A stretch of DNA of 64,000 bases from an uncultured archaeon. GTDB lineage: Archaea; Altiarchaeota; Altiarchaeia; IMC4; QMZM01. The translations under genes were made by a program, and so were the position numbers. The stretch's first letter is position 1. Every line of letters begins with the position of its first letter. Below, piece by piece: positions 1-13,600 of this stretch. The notes beneath the pieces are model-generated. The model did not search any database and was not told the DNA's origin. It saw only the letters and a program-made list of their open reading frames with translations. The DNA is taken from positions 7,700-71,699 of the forward strand of contig CAZJVE010000004.1 of NCBI GenBank assembly GCA_964549685.1. Reading direction: 5' to 3'.

Positions 1-20
1 ATAGAGGTTATGAAACTGGA

Positions 21-3000
21 GTGAGTGATGTGGAGGTTGCGAATATCTCCTCTGAGATATGTAAGATTGTTGAGGGCCTAGATGGGCATCCTCATATTTT
101 TGTGGGACAGACGGAATACAGATGGAACGGCAGCGCATGGGCTTCATCATCAGTCTTGAATAGAGGTATCGGAGACATCATAGTAAATGGTTCCCATTAT
201 CTAGCTTTAACTTCCTACAGTTCCGCGCCCACATACTCCTATGGAGAATTTGAATCCAGAACCTCTGATTCGGGGGCGTTTACCACAAAAATATCTCCTT
301 CGTCAAGCGTAGGGGCAATGAGTTCGACTGTAAGGCAAATAGGAGCTACCATATATGCTTCAGGGGGCTTTTGTATAGGTGGGGCCGGATATTATAGCAC
401 AGCCATTTACAACAAATCTAACTGGATTAATTCAACCTATCTAGATATTTATGGTGGTGGAAGTAACTGCAATCTTCATATAGAGGATAATGCTTTAATC
501 TTTGTGAATAACTCCTTCCATCTCTTTGCAAGCTATGTCTTGAGCGATGACATCAATGAGTCTATTACTCCAGATTACAATACTACCTTTACCGAGGCGA
601 CGGCCGTCTCCTCTCCATACTCCAAATACTTTTCTGCCGATGGAGGGGCTTATGGTTATCTGCTTTATAACCATAACGAGAGCTTTTCCTCCGTAGTCGC
701 AATCAGGCTCCAAGCCTACACCTATAATCTTTCCGGCTACGTAAGGAACGTCTTCAGCAGCCAGGTAATAGCTAATGCAAACGTATCCCTAAACTTCAGT
801 TCCGAAAACCACTCAACCATATCAGACAGCTCCGGCTACTACTTCTTCCAGGAACTGAGTGATATGTACAGCTACACGGTCTCAAAGGCAAACTACTCCA
901 ACTCCACAGGAACCATCATCGTCACGGGCACGAGCCATGATTTCTATCTCACACCGCTCATCCCGGACCTGTTTATAAATTCATCCTATATTGCAGTCGG
1001 GCCCGAATTCCCCCTAGTAGAACAGAACATCACCATAAACTTCACGGTCAGGAACGTCGGAGCCAACGCGACGGGTGTGGTTCTCGAGGTCTTCGACAAT
1101 AATGTCTCTATCGAGAATTTAACCTTCGGAAATCTCTCGATGAACGAGTCGAAGACGATGAATATTACGAGGAATTACTCGGCGGTTGGATTTCATGAGA
1201 TTCTGGCGGTGGTTGATCCTGATGATGCTGTGAGTGAGGTGGATGAGACGAATAACAATGCCACAGCGTGGGTGAATGTTGGAGAGAGATACTGGAATTG
1301 TGAGTATAGGACCGAGCATTTCATAATCAACCATTGCAGTTATGAGTATTTTATCTTTCCTACTGGCACGACTGTGGACCCTACTGACGATAATAATAAC
1401 AATGTGCCTGATTTTGTGGAGAAGATGGGAGATTTTTTCGAGAAGGTTTATACTTATGAGGTTACTGAACTGGATTATTTGCCTGCAGGTGACTCATATG
1501 ACAACGAGATGTATGGCTATCACGTGCAACTAATGGATATAGGTTCAGATTATGGTTTTGTCCCCCCTGCTTTAGTCAAACTACCAGGAGTCACTGGTTC
1601 CACTATACAAATAAATTCAGAACTATCATTTCATAATCTGCCGGACGCAGATACTAACGCTGATGGCATAATAGATGATACATTTCTTTTGAGCAATGCC
1701 GGCCACGAATATTATCATGGCATACAAATCAGATACTTGGATATACTATGTTTCAGTAACACATTAAGTAATAATGAAAACCTCTGGGTTATGGAAGGTT
1801 CTCCCGCTTGGATGGAGTATAAGATAGCTAGAAAATATTACCCCTCAATCGTCAAAGACGAAAGTGATGAACTGGTGTTTTTTTATAAAAGGATTGACCG
1901 GTTTATAGGGAATATATATGAAACTTTAAAGCAACAGAGCGATCATAGAAAGTATGATGCTGCTTTATTTTGGTGGTTTTTGGAAAACTATAAGGATTTA
2001 GACACTGTTAAGTCATTTTGGAGCAGTTTAGACCAGACATGTGGTATTTGGCGACAAGGAGGGGATCCAATATCAGCAATAGAAGACGCAACGGGAGAGG
2101 ACTTCAACGACATCTTCAAGACATTTGCAAAGGCCAATTACTTTAGAGATAGTTGGTATCCTGATGATATTCAATATGCAAGAAACACGCCATTTACATC
2201 GATAAATCTTGAAAATAATAACTCTCGAGAAATTCCTGTTACATCTGGTGGTATTGATGCTATGGGAGAATACGGAGCATTTTATTTCAAAATAACAGAT
2301 ATTCCAGCTAACAGTAACACTAGCATAATCTTCGAGAGCACAACGCCGGGAGAGAACTACTTCATAAGCATCTTTCTGGCAGGTGTTGAAGATCAAGGCG
2401 AAACCCACAATGCTTCAGAGGGCTATTCAAAAATACTAAATTCCAGCGAAAGCGAAGGTACTGTCGTAATTGTGGGTCGGCTGGGTGATGACACGGGAGA
2501 TGGAGACTACAAAATAACTTTCAGAGACATAAGCCCTAATAACCCAGAAACAAATCCAGAGATAAAACCTAACGAAACTATAAACGATACTAAAACCATT
2601 GACTCTACCGTGAAGCAAGCATACTTCAATATCGAGTGGGAAGACGGCGATCTTGATCAGATACTAATCGCACCGAATGGAACAGTCATAGATCCACAAA
2701 AGGCAGAGAGTGATCCCGATATAGATTACGTCGAAGGTTCAACTCTGGAATACTACCTCGTTAGAAACATAGAAGCTGGAGACTGGACATTGAACATAAC
2801 TGCAAACGACACATCAGCGACCCAGAACGTCACCGTCTCTACGTCACTTAGCAGCAACATTACCTTGTATGCATCAACCGATAAAAACCTCTACGAGCCA
2901 AACCAGACCATAAACATAACTGCGAACCTGACTCAGGAGGGCTTAGGCATGAACGACTCTACTGTGAAGGCCACAATCATAAAGCCAGGCTCGTCGGAGA

Positions 3001-4010
3001 ACATAAGTATGACTAACGAAGGTAACGGTATTTACAATGCCCTATACAATAACACCTCCACTGAAGGTTCTTACACGATAAAGGTTATCGCTAACGGTAC
3101 GGTTGGGGGCACCAACTTCACGAGAGAAACTACTATGGGGGTTACAGTTCAGAGCCTTCCTGATTTTGAGGTTAACGTATCAGACATAATCTTCTCTAAT
3201 TCAACGCCAAAAGCAGGAGAGAACATAACCATAAACGCCACTGTCTGGAATGTTGGCGACGCGGAAGCTAATGCCACTATCCTCATCTATGACAACACAA
3301 CCTTGGTAAACGATACCTCTGCCATACTAGAAGCGGGTGGAAACATAACATTCTCGACTCTTTGGGAAGTACCAACATCAGGCAATCATACGATAAAGGT
3401 TGGGGTTGATCCCACCCACCTTGTTACCGAGAGAAATGAAAGCAACAATGACGCAAACAAGTCATTAAACGTAAGTCCTGCGATGAAGTTGAGGATGGTT
3501 TGTTGGACTGACCAGGTAGACTACGAGCAGAACGATAATGTTAATATCAGTTGCGACCTTTACAATTATGATTGGACTAACATTTCTGTGGACTCTGTGC
3601 AAGCAGACATAAACGGAACCGAACTCGACCTGACCCAAGACCAGAACGCATCAAACAGGTATTCTGGACTGTTCACGCAGACAAGCCAAATAGGTATTTA
3701 CGTCATAAATATAACTGCCAGTAAAGCCGCTTATGTGAACTACACAACCATTCTGGCCTTCAAAATCATAGAAGCAACCTCAACAGCCAACTGCTCAGGT
3801 AGTGAACCAATCTTTTCTTTGGATTGGAACATTACCCAGTACACCGTTTGTGAGGATACTGACGTATCATTGGCTCAGAATAAGACAGTTAATTTTTTTA
3901 ATGAAACACTAATACTTAATAGTACAGAAGTTAATTTGAACTCCAGCAGAATGGACTTTGGAAGTGCGGGGGTGCTCACTATGGACAACTCAACAATATG
4001 GTTTTGGTGA
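21..4010 (+). CDS. Large secreted HExxH (gluzincin-like) metalloprotease-like surface protein with two CARDB-type Ig-like domains; probably 5'-partial at the window edge
   Basis: 1329-aa ORF. The frame stays open back to nt 3 and the N-terminus has no signal peptide, so the true start is probably upstream of the window. HEYYH at nt 1704-1718 is followed about 25 aa later by WVMEGSPAW (Glu codon 1794-1796), which fits an HExxH...E zincin pattern. CARDB-like segments at ~960-1280 and ~3165-3475 end in xESNNxA/ETNNNA. N-x-S/T sequons are very dense. Confidence 0.75.
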   Translation: MSDVEVANISSEICKIVEGLDGHPHIFVGQTEYRWNGSAWASSSVLNRGIGDIIVNGSHYLALTSYSSAPTYSYGEFESRTSDSGAFTTKISPSSSVGAMSSTVRQIGATIYASGGFCIGGAGYYSTAIYNKSNWINSTYLDIYGGGSNCNLHIEDNALIFVNNSFHLFASYVLSDDINESITPDYNTTFTEATAVSSPYSKYFSADGGAYGYLLYNHNESFSSVVAIRLQAYTYNLSGYVRNVFSSQVIANANVSLNFSSENHSTISDSSGYYFFQELSDMYSYTVSKANYSNSTGTIIVTGTSHDFYLTPLIPDLFINSSYIAVGPEFPLVEQNITINFTVRNVGANATGVVLEVFDNNVSIENLTFGNLSMNESKTMNITRNYSAVGFHEILAVVDPDDAVSEVDETNNNATAWVNVGERYWNCEYRTEHFIINHCSYEYFIFPTGTTVDPTDDNNNNVPDFVEKMGDFFEKVYTYEVTELDYLPAGDSYDNEMYGYHVQLMDIGSDYGFVPPALVKLPGVTGSTIQINSELSFHNLPDADTNADGIIDDTFLLSNAGHEYYHGIQIRYLDILCFSNTLSNNENLWVMEGSPAWMEYKIARKYYPSIVKDESDELVFFYKRIDRFIGNIYETLKQQSDHRKYDAALFWWFLENYKDLDTVKSFWSSLDQTCGIWRQGGDPISAIEDATGEDFNDIFKTFAKANYFRDSWYPDDIQYARNTPFTSINLENNNSREIPVTSGGIDAMGEYGAFYFKITDIPANSNTSIIFESTTPGENYFISIFLAGVEDQGETHNASEGYSKILNSSESEGTVVIVGRLGDDTGDGDYKITFRDISPNNPETNPEIKPNETINDTKTIDSTVKQAYFNIEWEDGDLDQILIAPNGTVIDPQKAESDPDIDYVEGSTLEYYLVRNIEAGDWTLNITANDTSATQNVTVSTSLSSNITLYASTDKNLYEPNQTINITANLTQEGLGMNDSTVKATIIKPGSSENISMTNEGNGIYNALYNNTSTEGSYTIKVIANGTVGGTNFTRETTMGVTVQSLPDFEVNVSDIIFSNSTPKAGENITINATVWNVGDAEANATILIYDNTTLVNDTSAILEAGGNITFSTLWEVPTSGNHTIKVGVDPTHLVTERNESNNDANKSLNVSPAMKLRMVCWTDQVDYEQNDNVNISCDLYNYDWTNISVDSVQADINGTELDLTQDQNASNRYSGLFTQTSQIGIYVINITASKAAYVNYTTILAFKIIEATSTANCSGSEPIFSLDWNITQYTVCEDTDVSLAQNKTVNFFNETLILNSTEVNLNSSRMDFGSAGVLTMDNSTIWFW

Positions 4011-4494
4011 CAAGTTGGATAAACGGATCAAAATCGGACTTAGTATAGCTACAATTTCCTTGTTTTTAGTCATACTTTGGCAATTGGGAATACTTGGTTA
4101 TGATCTAAGAACCTGTGACCCAGACCCTAGTGGTTTTGGTGGTTTCGGGTGGAGCGAAATGCTCGTTGATACTGATGGGACGTTTTATATTAAGGTTGTG
4201 GACCTGCCAGGGCATCCAATGACTTTTACAAACATAACTATCAAATCGCGTAAACCCGGAAATATAGATTATATTGTTGAAACTCCCTCCCTGCCGTTTG
4301 TGGTAACAAATCAAAGGGAATTTTTAATAGCAGGAAGATATGAACCTGTGACAGGTATAAAAGAAGGCGAAAAATGTTGGTTTCATGTTGATATGTTTTT
4401 CACTAAATCTGTGGCTGGAACTACAATAGAACATAAAGAATCTGCGATTATGTCTGGCAGATTTGGTATCGTAGAGTTACCGGAACCGTGTTGA
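3958..4494 (+). CDS. Hypothetical small membrane-anchored or secreted protein
   Basis: 178-aa ORF overlapping the upstream stop. An internal TTG at 4015 would give LDKRIKIGLSIATISLFLVILWQ as an N-terminal signal anchor. I recognised no family. Confidence 0.5.
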   Translation: MEVRGCSLWTTQQYGFGDKLDKRIKIGLSIATISLFLVILWQLGILGYDLRTCDPDPSGFGGFGWSEMLVDTDGTFYIKVVDLPGHPMTFTNITIKSRKPGNIDYIVETPSLPFVVTNQREFLIAGRYEPVTGIKEGEKCWFHVDMFFTKSVAGTTIEHKESAIMSGRFGIVELPEPC

Positions 4495-4540
4495 AGGGAC
4501 ACTTCTTAGCCTTCAGCAATCCAAATTCATACTCTTCCAC

Positions 4541-4572
4541 GAATTCACTATCCCTCAAAGCACAGTGAATTC
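4541..4572. promoter_or_regulatory. Perfect 9-bp inverted repeat (gaattcact / agtgaattc) with a 14-nt spacer, in the intergenic region before the giant gene
   Basis: gaattcact at 4541-4549 and its exact reverse complement at 4564-4572. It could be a hairpin/terminator for the upstream gene or an operator. Confidence 0.4.
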
Positions 4573-4601
4573 TCGCTGCTCGGTGCCATGGATTCGAATG
4601 G

Positions 4602-4615
4602 TGTAGTGCCTAACT
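4602..4615 (-). promoter_or_regulatory. 14-nt motif AGTTAGGCACTACA (minus orientation) upstream of the 4424-aa gene
   Basis: tgtagtgcctaact at 4602-4615 is the exact reverse complement of the motif found twice at 19247-19283. Confidence 0.5.
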
Positions 4616-4694
4616 TCCCCAACTTGTCTGAAAAATCCCGTCAAAACATGCATCATGCACGTTTTTATGTCTTCCATCAGCTATATTTAACAGG

Positions 4695-7600
4695 TTGGTT
4701 AATACCATTGGTTACCGATGGGTTGTTCTAGTATTAGTATTATTCCTAGCAACAGGATTAGCATCAGCGAAGACGCTGTATGTCAATGCCAGCGGGGGTG
4801 CTGACTTCGCCACCATAGGGAGCGCGATAACTGCCGCCAACAGCAGCGACGAGATTATTGTTTATAATGGGACCTACTACGAAGCCCTGACCCTTAACAA
4901 GCAGATTACGCTGAGAGGAGTAGATAAACCCACTATAGATTCAAACAGCAGTTCGAGTACTATTAAGATTACTTCAGAGGGTTGTGTCGTCGAAGGTTTT
5001 CGGCTGACCGGCAACGGCTCCAATATTGGAATGGAGGTCGGATCCGACAGAAATCTGATTGCGAATAACTCAATCTACGGAAATAATAAGGGAGTATCTA
5101 TTGAAGGACCATTTCTTGGCTGGGTATGGGATAGATTTGAGTGGGACAGGCCGCAAAGCAACGTTGTTATCAATAATAATGTTTCAGACAACCATGATGG
5201 ACTTTATCTCGCTCAGTCCTACAACGGCACTTTCATCAATAATTCCCTAACCAATAACACCTATAACCTCGCGGTTCGTGGAAGTGGTCTATATGACGAT
5301 TACCTATATGACTACAACCAGAGCATAGACACTTCAAATACTGTAAACGGAAAGCCTATCTACTATCTATTCAAACACAGCGACGAGGTAATCGATTCCG
5401 CAACCAACGCGGGCTGCGTCTATGTGATAAACTCTACCAACATAACTGTCAGGGATCTGAATCTAAAAAACAATTATTATGGGATTCTATTTGAGAATGT
5501 GAGGAATTCCAAAGCAGTGAATCTGACTCTTAAGGATAATTACAAGGGAATTTATCTGGATGAATCATCAGAGAGTCTTGCGATAAACAATAATATTTCA
5601 AACCATATGTGGGGTATAGAGGTCTATGAGTCCTCCAATAATAATCTCATAGGCAACAGAATCGAAAATTCGACCTACTACAGTATAGACCTCAGAACAG
5701 ATTCATTAGGAAATCTTGTACACCATAACAACCTTATAAACAACACCGGAAACGCACGTGATTTGACTGGTAGCAACAAATGGGACAACGGCTCCGCAGG
5801 GAATTACTGGAGCAATTATACAGGGACCGGTTCATACCCCATCCCAAGCAACTCGGAGGATAGGTACCCGCTAACCACAGAATACTCAAGCGACTGCACA
5901 CTCTCATCACTCTCAGTTACAATCCTTGCTCCCTCATCTGACTTTTCTATAACCCAAAAATGTCCAAATTCAATCAAAGCAATGATTCGGGATAACTGTG
6001 GTAATCTGCTGATAGGGGCAAAAGTAGATGCATTAATAGCCAATGAGGACTCAACTCTAACTCTCTACGATGACGGCAGCCATGGCGACGACACAAGCAA
6101 GGACGGAATATATGCTAACAACTGGACCCCCTCCAGCAACGGCTCCTATGTTATCAACGTAACAGCGAGCGGCCTTGCACTGAGCGATGGGGAAGCACAG
6201 CTCAGCGGCCTGGTAAAGAATTTCACAGGAATCATCGTGAATGCCAGCGCCACTGACGATTCTGGAAACTGCCTATGGAATTCAATCACAGAAGGAATAG
6301 CATCTGCAGATTCCGGAGATGTTGTCTTGGTTTACAATGGAACCTACAATGGAGGCATAACTATCAGCAAGCAGGTGAATCTTACCGGTATTGATTACCC
6401 TCTGATAAATGCTAGCGGAAATGCTGTTGTAATCTCAGCTAATGGTGCTGTAGTGGACGGTTTTAGGATTGCAGGATCGAGCAATGGAGTTTATATACAT
6501 GACCAGAGCAGTAATCTTATCAGGAACAATCTCATTACGAAAGGAGGTATCTATATACTGGGGACGGCGACTTATGTTTATGGTTACTGTGGGAACGCTG
6601 CCCATGATAACCAGATTATAAATAATTCTATCCAAGGAAAGATATTCCTGTACTGTACATATCTTGAAGACATCATAAATAATTCCATTTCCGGTGGATA
6701 TGCTGGCGTAAATGCCCTTGAAGCGTATGGGACCTCTATCATTGATAATGTTATATCCAACAACGGTCATGGTATATTTCTACAAAGTTCACAGTTTGTA
6801 GAGCTCAACAATAATACACTCCTAGATAACAACTATAGTTTGGCTATACTTGGGCGTTCATCATATGACTATACTCATGAGATAAATGCATCAAACACAA
6901 TAAACGGAAAACCAACTCTATACCTGATGAGTAAGGATAACATTACGATAGACTCGGCAAATAATTCCGGTTTTATAGGGGTCATAAATTCCAGCAATAT
7001 CACGATAAGAAACCTGACGATAAGTAGTAGTTATCAGGGAATTCTTCTTGCTTATAGCGAATATTCCGATATTGAGAACGTTACACTTATGGATAACTAT
7101 TATGGGGTTTACCTGGATAACTCATCCAATGGCTCCATTAATAACAATTTCATTGATAACTCCACTTTTGGTATACGTCTTCATGAGTCTGATGGAAACC
7201 ACATCTTCGGCAACGAGGTCAGGAATTCAAGCAGCATATATAACACAAGCATATACCTCTCCAGCTCCTCAGGGAATCTTGTATATCACAACAACCTGAT
7301 AAACAATTCTGGCCCGACAGGTTATGACAACTATGGCAGTAATGTCTGGGACACCGGCATTGAGGGGAACTACTGGAGCGATTACGCTGGCAATGATTCT
7401 AATGGCGATGGGATAGGCGATTGGGCCTATAATATCTCAGGAAGCAGCGTAAAGGACCGCTACCCGTTGATGCAAAAATATAACATGAGCTGCAGAAGGC
7501 ACGGGATTTCAATTACTCTCCTGTCGCCTCCTTCAGTAACCGGGGATAGCAACGTATCCATTATAACAAGAGCCATTGACAATTGCAAGAACCTCGTTGC

Positions 7601-10600
7601 TGGTGCAGCAGCAACTGCAAAGATTGACGGGAATCCGATACCTCCCTTATATGAAGATGTAAATCATACCTATCGAAGAGACATATTCAACATTATCGAT
7701 GGCTCTCACAGCCTTTACACCTGTGTCAATGACAGTTCAGGCGTCGGTAATTGCAGCAACACTTCCTTCAGGGTTGACCTGAAAACCCCATCCATCCTGA
7801 ATATCAGCTACGACAAGGGCACGGTTACTCCTTACGAGAATATCAATTTCACCGTTAATGTGAGTGATGTATCAGAGATTGAAAGCATAACTCTGAAAGG
7901 TGTGAATGAGTTCAATTTCACACTGAACGGAAGCATTGGTTATCTCATCATGAACATGTCGTCCCTTGGTTACGTCAATGACGGTAATCACTCACTTCTT
8001 GTTAACGCAACCGACATAGTAGGCAACTTCAACACAAGCAATTTCACGATAAGGATAAGGAACCCGGACCTGGTTGTCGGGAATCTGTCATGGAACCCAC
8101 AAAGCCCTGATGACGGAGAAATAGTCAACTTCACAATTAGAATCGACAATCTGGGTGGAATAATAACCTCTGCATTCCTAACGTCCCTGGAAATCAACGG
8201 CTCTCTTGCTGCACTGGAGACAAAATACAATCTTTCCGCCAACTCCTCATTCTCATTCGATGAAAACTGGAGCGCGTTCCCAGGGAACAATACATTAAAG
8301 GTAAAAGCAGATTATGCCACCCAGATTAACGAATCCAACGAGACCAACAACGAACTCCAAAAAATACTGGAAGTGGGTTATCCTGATCTAGAGGTCGTCA
8401 ATATAACCTGTACCTCGGTAAACGTAACCGAAGGCGACCCGGTAAACATTACTGCAAGGATAAAGAATCTCGGCTCAAGCACAAGAAGAGAATTCTACTG
8501 CAAGATTCTGATTGACAATTCAACAATCCTTGAGGAATCCATCAACGGCTTGAATTCCAATATCATAGTGAATCTCTCCAAAGGCTGGAATTCAACCGGT
8601 ATAGGGCAGCACATAATAAAGGCAATAGCGGACAGCGGAAACAACGTCTCAGAGTCCAATGAAAGCAACAGTCTCTCCATCTCAATCCAGATTAATCCAA
8701 ATCCCCTACCGGACGTTCTTGTAAGGGTTATGAATGCCAGCGGCTCTGCACTGGAGGGCGCCTTGGTAGCTCTCATCAATACCACCAACATATTCAGCAA
8801 TCTTACCTCCGAGAATGGAAGCGCATTCTTCAAGGACATACCTGTAGGAAATTACAGGGTCCAAGCCTACAAATCCGGATACTGGCAAAGCTCAACCAGC
8901 GTGGATTTGGAGATGGGAGAAACGGAAGAGGTAAACCTCACCCTGACCTCAAACAGCATAATATTTGGTGTTGTTAATGATGCCCTCACAGGAGACCCAA
9001 TCCCAAATGCAAACATAACACTCTCCAATATCCTGGAGTATTCCACACTGACTAATTCAACCGGGGGTTATTCTCTTTCGGATGTAAAACCCTCTGATTA
9101 CCAGATTAAGGCATGGGCCAGAAACTATGAAAGCAATACAACAGAGGTAACAGCGTCCGCTGCCGGAGTAATCCAACTTGATTTCTCCCTGATACCCTTC
9201 GGAGAGATTCATGGCGAGATTCTCAATTCCACAGGCAAGGTTTCAAACACAACGGTAATCCTCTATCGTGGAGACTCCTTCTCCTACTTCGTGAATAAAT
9301 CCACCGGCGACTTTTCATTCTTCAACATAAGCTCGGGCAATTACAGCTTGGAGTTCTCATCCACTGGATATAGGACAGATACGGTCGGAATAGAACTAAC
9401 CCCTGGCCAGAACCTCTCAAGGAACATCACGCTGAAAAGGAAGCCCTTCCTGAAGGGAACCGTAAAGGACAATCTAGACCAGACAGTAAGCAATGCCACA
9501 ATTCTCATATCAAACGAAAACGCAGTCATAAGTTCCGGCAAGAGCGACGAGAACGGAAGCTATAGCATAATGCTCCCCCTCTCGGGCACCTTCACGGTAA
9601 GAGCATCAGCCCAGAACCACTACTCCAGCACGAACACAACGACCGTTGATTATGACGGAGAGAAAAGCCTAAACCTGACACTAAGAAAGCACGGCATTGT
9701 AACCGGCTACGTTCTTGACTCCGTCTCCGATTTGAGAATAGAGAATGCAAACATCTACCTCGACGGCTCATTAAAGGTTACAGGAAACAACTACTCCATC
9801 AGCGCAGAGGAAGGGATTCATCTACTGTCGGCATCCGCCCCCGGCCATGTTTCGAATTATTCCTGGGTAAATTTCACCTCAGGAGAAAACATAAGCCTTA
9901 ACCTGTCCCTAAGTCCGGCAGGCAACCTCTCAGGCAATGTAACGAACTGGGATGGAGACCCGGTTGCAAACGCTTCGCTGACACTTGCAATGAATGGCCA
10001 GATAAAATCAATTGCAACAACAAATGCAAACGGGACATACAAATTCACAGGTATAATATATGGGAATTACACCTTGGAGGCATCTGCCTACGGCCACACC
10101 CCGGAATTAGCAAATCCGAGGGTATTTCCCCACCAGGAAGCCAAGCAGAACTTCTCGCTCAGGATGGCAGGAATTTATCCACATATAGACATCCCATACC
10201 GAATCTATTCCATAGGCGAAACGATAACATTCAATATCACTGCTACAGACCCATGGGATAATGTCACTAACATAACTGACATTTCCATCTCTCTGAAGAA
10301 AGGGAACCAGAGTGTCCCAATCCCGGCAGTAAGAATAGACAAGGGCTTTACAGCCAACTACACCATCCCCTCCAACGCAACCCTGGGCCAGTGGGTTCTG
10401 GCAATAAATATAACTGCCCTTGCCAACCTGACCCAGGAACTGGAAATCTTCCAGTTTTTCAGCCCGTTCTTCATCCAGCTGAGAAGCAACAGCAGCTACC
10501 TACAGAACAGCACCGCAATAATCCAGTCCAAGGTCTCCAGGTACAGCAACCTGAGCAGATTCCTAAACGACAGCGAGATAGACATAACTCTAACTGTCCT

Positions 10601-13600
10601 GAACCAGAGCAATCACACCGTTCTATTCAGAGCGCTGTCCTTCAACGAAACCCTGATTACATCAGACTTTATTCTGGATAATTTCAGTATCGGGAATTAC
10701 ACAGTTTACATCGCAGTAACGGACAATGAAGGAAACGTAATGAACGCCAGCAAGACGTTCATGGTAATACAGAATTTCTCCATAACTGTAGATACTGGTA
10801 GGGAAATCTACAACCGGAGCGAAACTGTCACAATCTTCGGAAACGCTAACCTTTCCAATGGAACGCCAATGGTCAATGCATCGGTCCAGCTTATCATCAT
10901 CCACAACAAGGGCTTCAGGAGAACGGTATACTCTAAAACCTTAAGCAATGGCTCATTCAACTACAACTTCACTCCCTTCTCAGCTGAGGCAGGAGTCTAC
11001 CAGGTTGTGGCATCCATCTATTCGGCAACCATAAAAAAGCAGGCAGACGCAAACTTCACTATCCTCGGTCTTCTTGCACCTTCAGCCAACGTCGAGATGT
11101 CCAAGAATTCCGTCCATGACCTATCACTCCCAATCAAGAACGTAGGCAACATCTCTCTCTCCGGGATAAACATCACTATCCTGAATTCCTCCCTGGAAGG
11201 AACGGCTCTAAGCATCCTGAACCAATCCGCTACGACAATACTCCCTGAGAAGGAGATTACAATGGGTTTAAAGATAAATTCCACACTGTACGCGAATTCC
11301 ACGACCTTCACCTTCAGAATAAGCAGCACCGAAGGAGCCGTGGACTACGGAAGAATCCACCTCAACCTGTACTCAGCAACCCCTGCAGCAAAAGTAGACC
11401 CGTCCGTTCTGGAGGTGGGCCTGAACCCCGGGAATTTCACAACCTATGAGATAAATCTGAGCAACATCGGCCACGCAACAATGAAGGATGTCCGTATCAC
11501 AGATGCCAATAACTCTTGGATACTCGCATCACCAAGCAGTCTCGGCGATATCGAGTCCAAGAAGAGCAAAACGTTCGACATCAGAATCCATGCGCCCCAG
11601 ACACAGGGAATCTACGAGGATGAGATAAAGATACTGAGCAGCAACCACGAGCCGATTACAATCTATATGGCGATAACCGTTACCACCGCAAGAAACGGAA
11701 GTCTCTCAGCCCATGTCATGACCGAATGGGGCGAGGACATTTCAGGAGCATACCTCAGGCTGCAGAACCAGAAAGTTCCAACCCTGATAGAATCCTGCCT
11801 GACAAACTCCAGCGGAAACTGTTTATTCTCAGGGATTCCCGCAGGCAAATATTCATATCTTGCAAGTAAGGACGGTTACTACAGCACTTATGGGACCGTG
11901 GAGATAGAACCTGGAAGGAGTAAGGCGCTGGACATCACTCTCTCAGCCAAGATGATGGAAGTCACCCTCTCCATGACTCCCGTGAAAATAGGGGACCGAT
12001 ACTACATATACCTGAATATCACATATGACACGGAGATAGCACCACCTTATATCCTCCCCATCCCTGCGATTATGGACCACTACGTCGACAGAAACGATGT
12101 ACTTACCGAAGGATTGCAGCTGAATAAATCCTTCACCATATACAACCCAGGGCTGGTCTCAATTCACAATATAAGTCTAATGACAGAGCTCAATTCTTCA
12201 GGCTATTCCCTAACCTTCCCTCAGGGCACGATAGAGAAGATTGAAGCAGAGGGGTCAGAGTCAATCCCCTATACTCTCACCATAGAGAAAGGCACCAGAG
12301 TATCAAACCTGACCAATAATTTTGCAGGCAAGATAAAAATCAACGGAAGTTTCATCCACTTCAAGGAGAATACGGACATAACTCTAAGAGGAAAAACAAG
12401 TGCTGAGGTCCATGTAAAGGTCTACGAAGCCGGCATCAGAGAACTTCTCGTCGAGCCCGACCCAGTATCAATCATAACAAACGAGAACTACAGCTTTTTT
12501 TCTGTAGAACCGAAAGGCCCGGAAGAAAACTTCATGCCCCCCATCAGCATAAAGAACGCCGGCAGTGGGGAGTGGGTATACGTCCTCAGCAAGGGCATCG
12601 GCGGAGCGGTGAAGTATGACCCTGCGGTTGCTATATTGGATGTTCTTGGAATTGGAGAGTTTATTAGAAGACTAATGCCTGGCGACAACTATGCCTTCTA
12701 CTTTCTGGATGCAACTATAACAGAAGAAAATCAGAGTGCTCCAGTATCTATCAGCAGCACGGTGCAGGACCTAAATCTCAAGGACAGCTCTGTACTCAGC
12801 CAGATTGCAGCCAGCTATTACACTAAGTTGCTGGATGACCCATGGGTGACTCTAACACAGGATGAAACCGCTACAATGGAGACTGAAATTTGGGAACTCG
12901 ATATTCCTGGCGAAGACGACATCTCCGACGTAATCTCCTTCAACCTCCCCGGGGTAGACCTGACACAGGGAATAATCACCTTTGCCTATCAATGGCGCTT
13001 CGATGAAAATCCAAGTCTGCATTCAATACCCCTAAACATAATCAACCTGAGATTTCCAGTCATCCAACTACCGGTTTCGTCAGGGACGACCAACACCACT
13101 ACTGAAGAGGAAACAAACCAGACCACATGGTATGTCTCCTACCAGAATATAAGTAATCATACATACACTCCGCCGGAAGTAGACGAATCCCCAGAAAAAC
13201 CAGAACTCGATGGAATTAAACCCCATCCAGTAGAAAACATACACGAAAGAGTCAAGCTCTCCATCTCCCAGGAAGCAACATTAGAAATGGACGCATTTGA
13301 CGCCAAGCTGGACATGGAAAACAAGCTGGCTGACAAAACAATAACTAATGTAGTTTCAGAACTCAAGGTATTCGACGGCGGCGGACAGGAGAAGACCACA
13401 AACTTCCACATTACGGAAGCCGAACTAAGTAACATAGATGATATCAATGGCTCCGGTTCGATAACCCAGGGAAGCACAGCAACCGTGCACTGGACCCTGA
13501 TACCAAAATCTGATGCCGGTGGTATAAGTGAGGACGGCACAACCTATCTGGTTCAGGCCTTTATTACCTACAAGGTGGAAGGCACTCCATTTGGCATAAA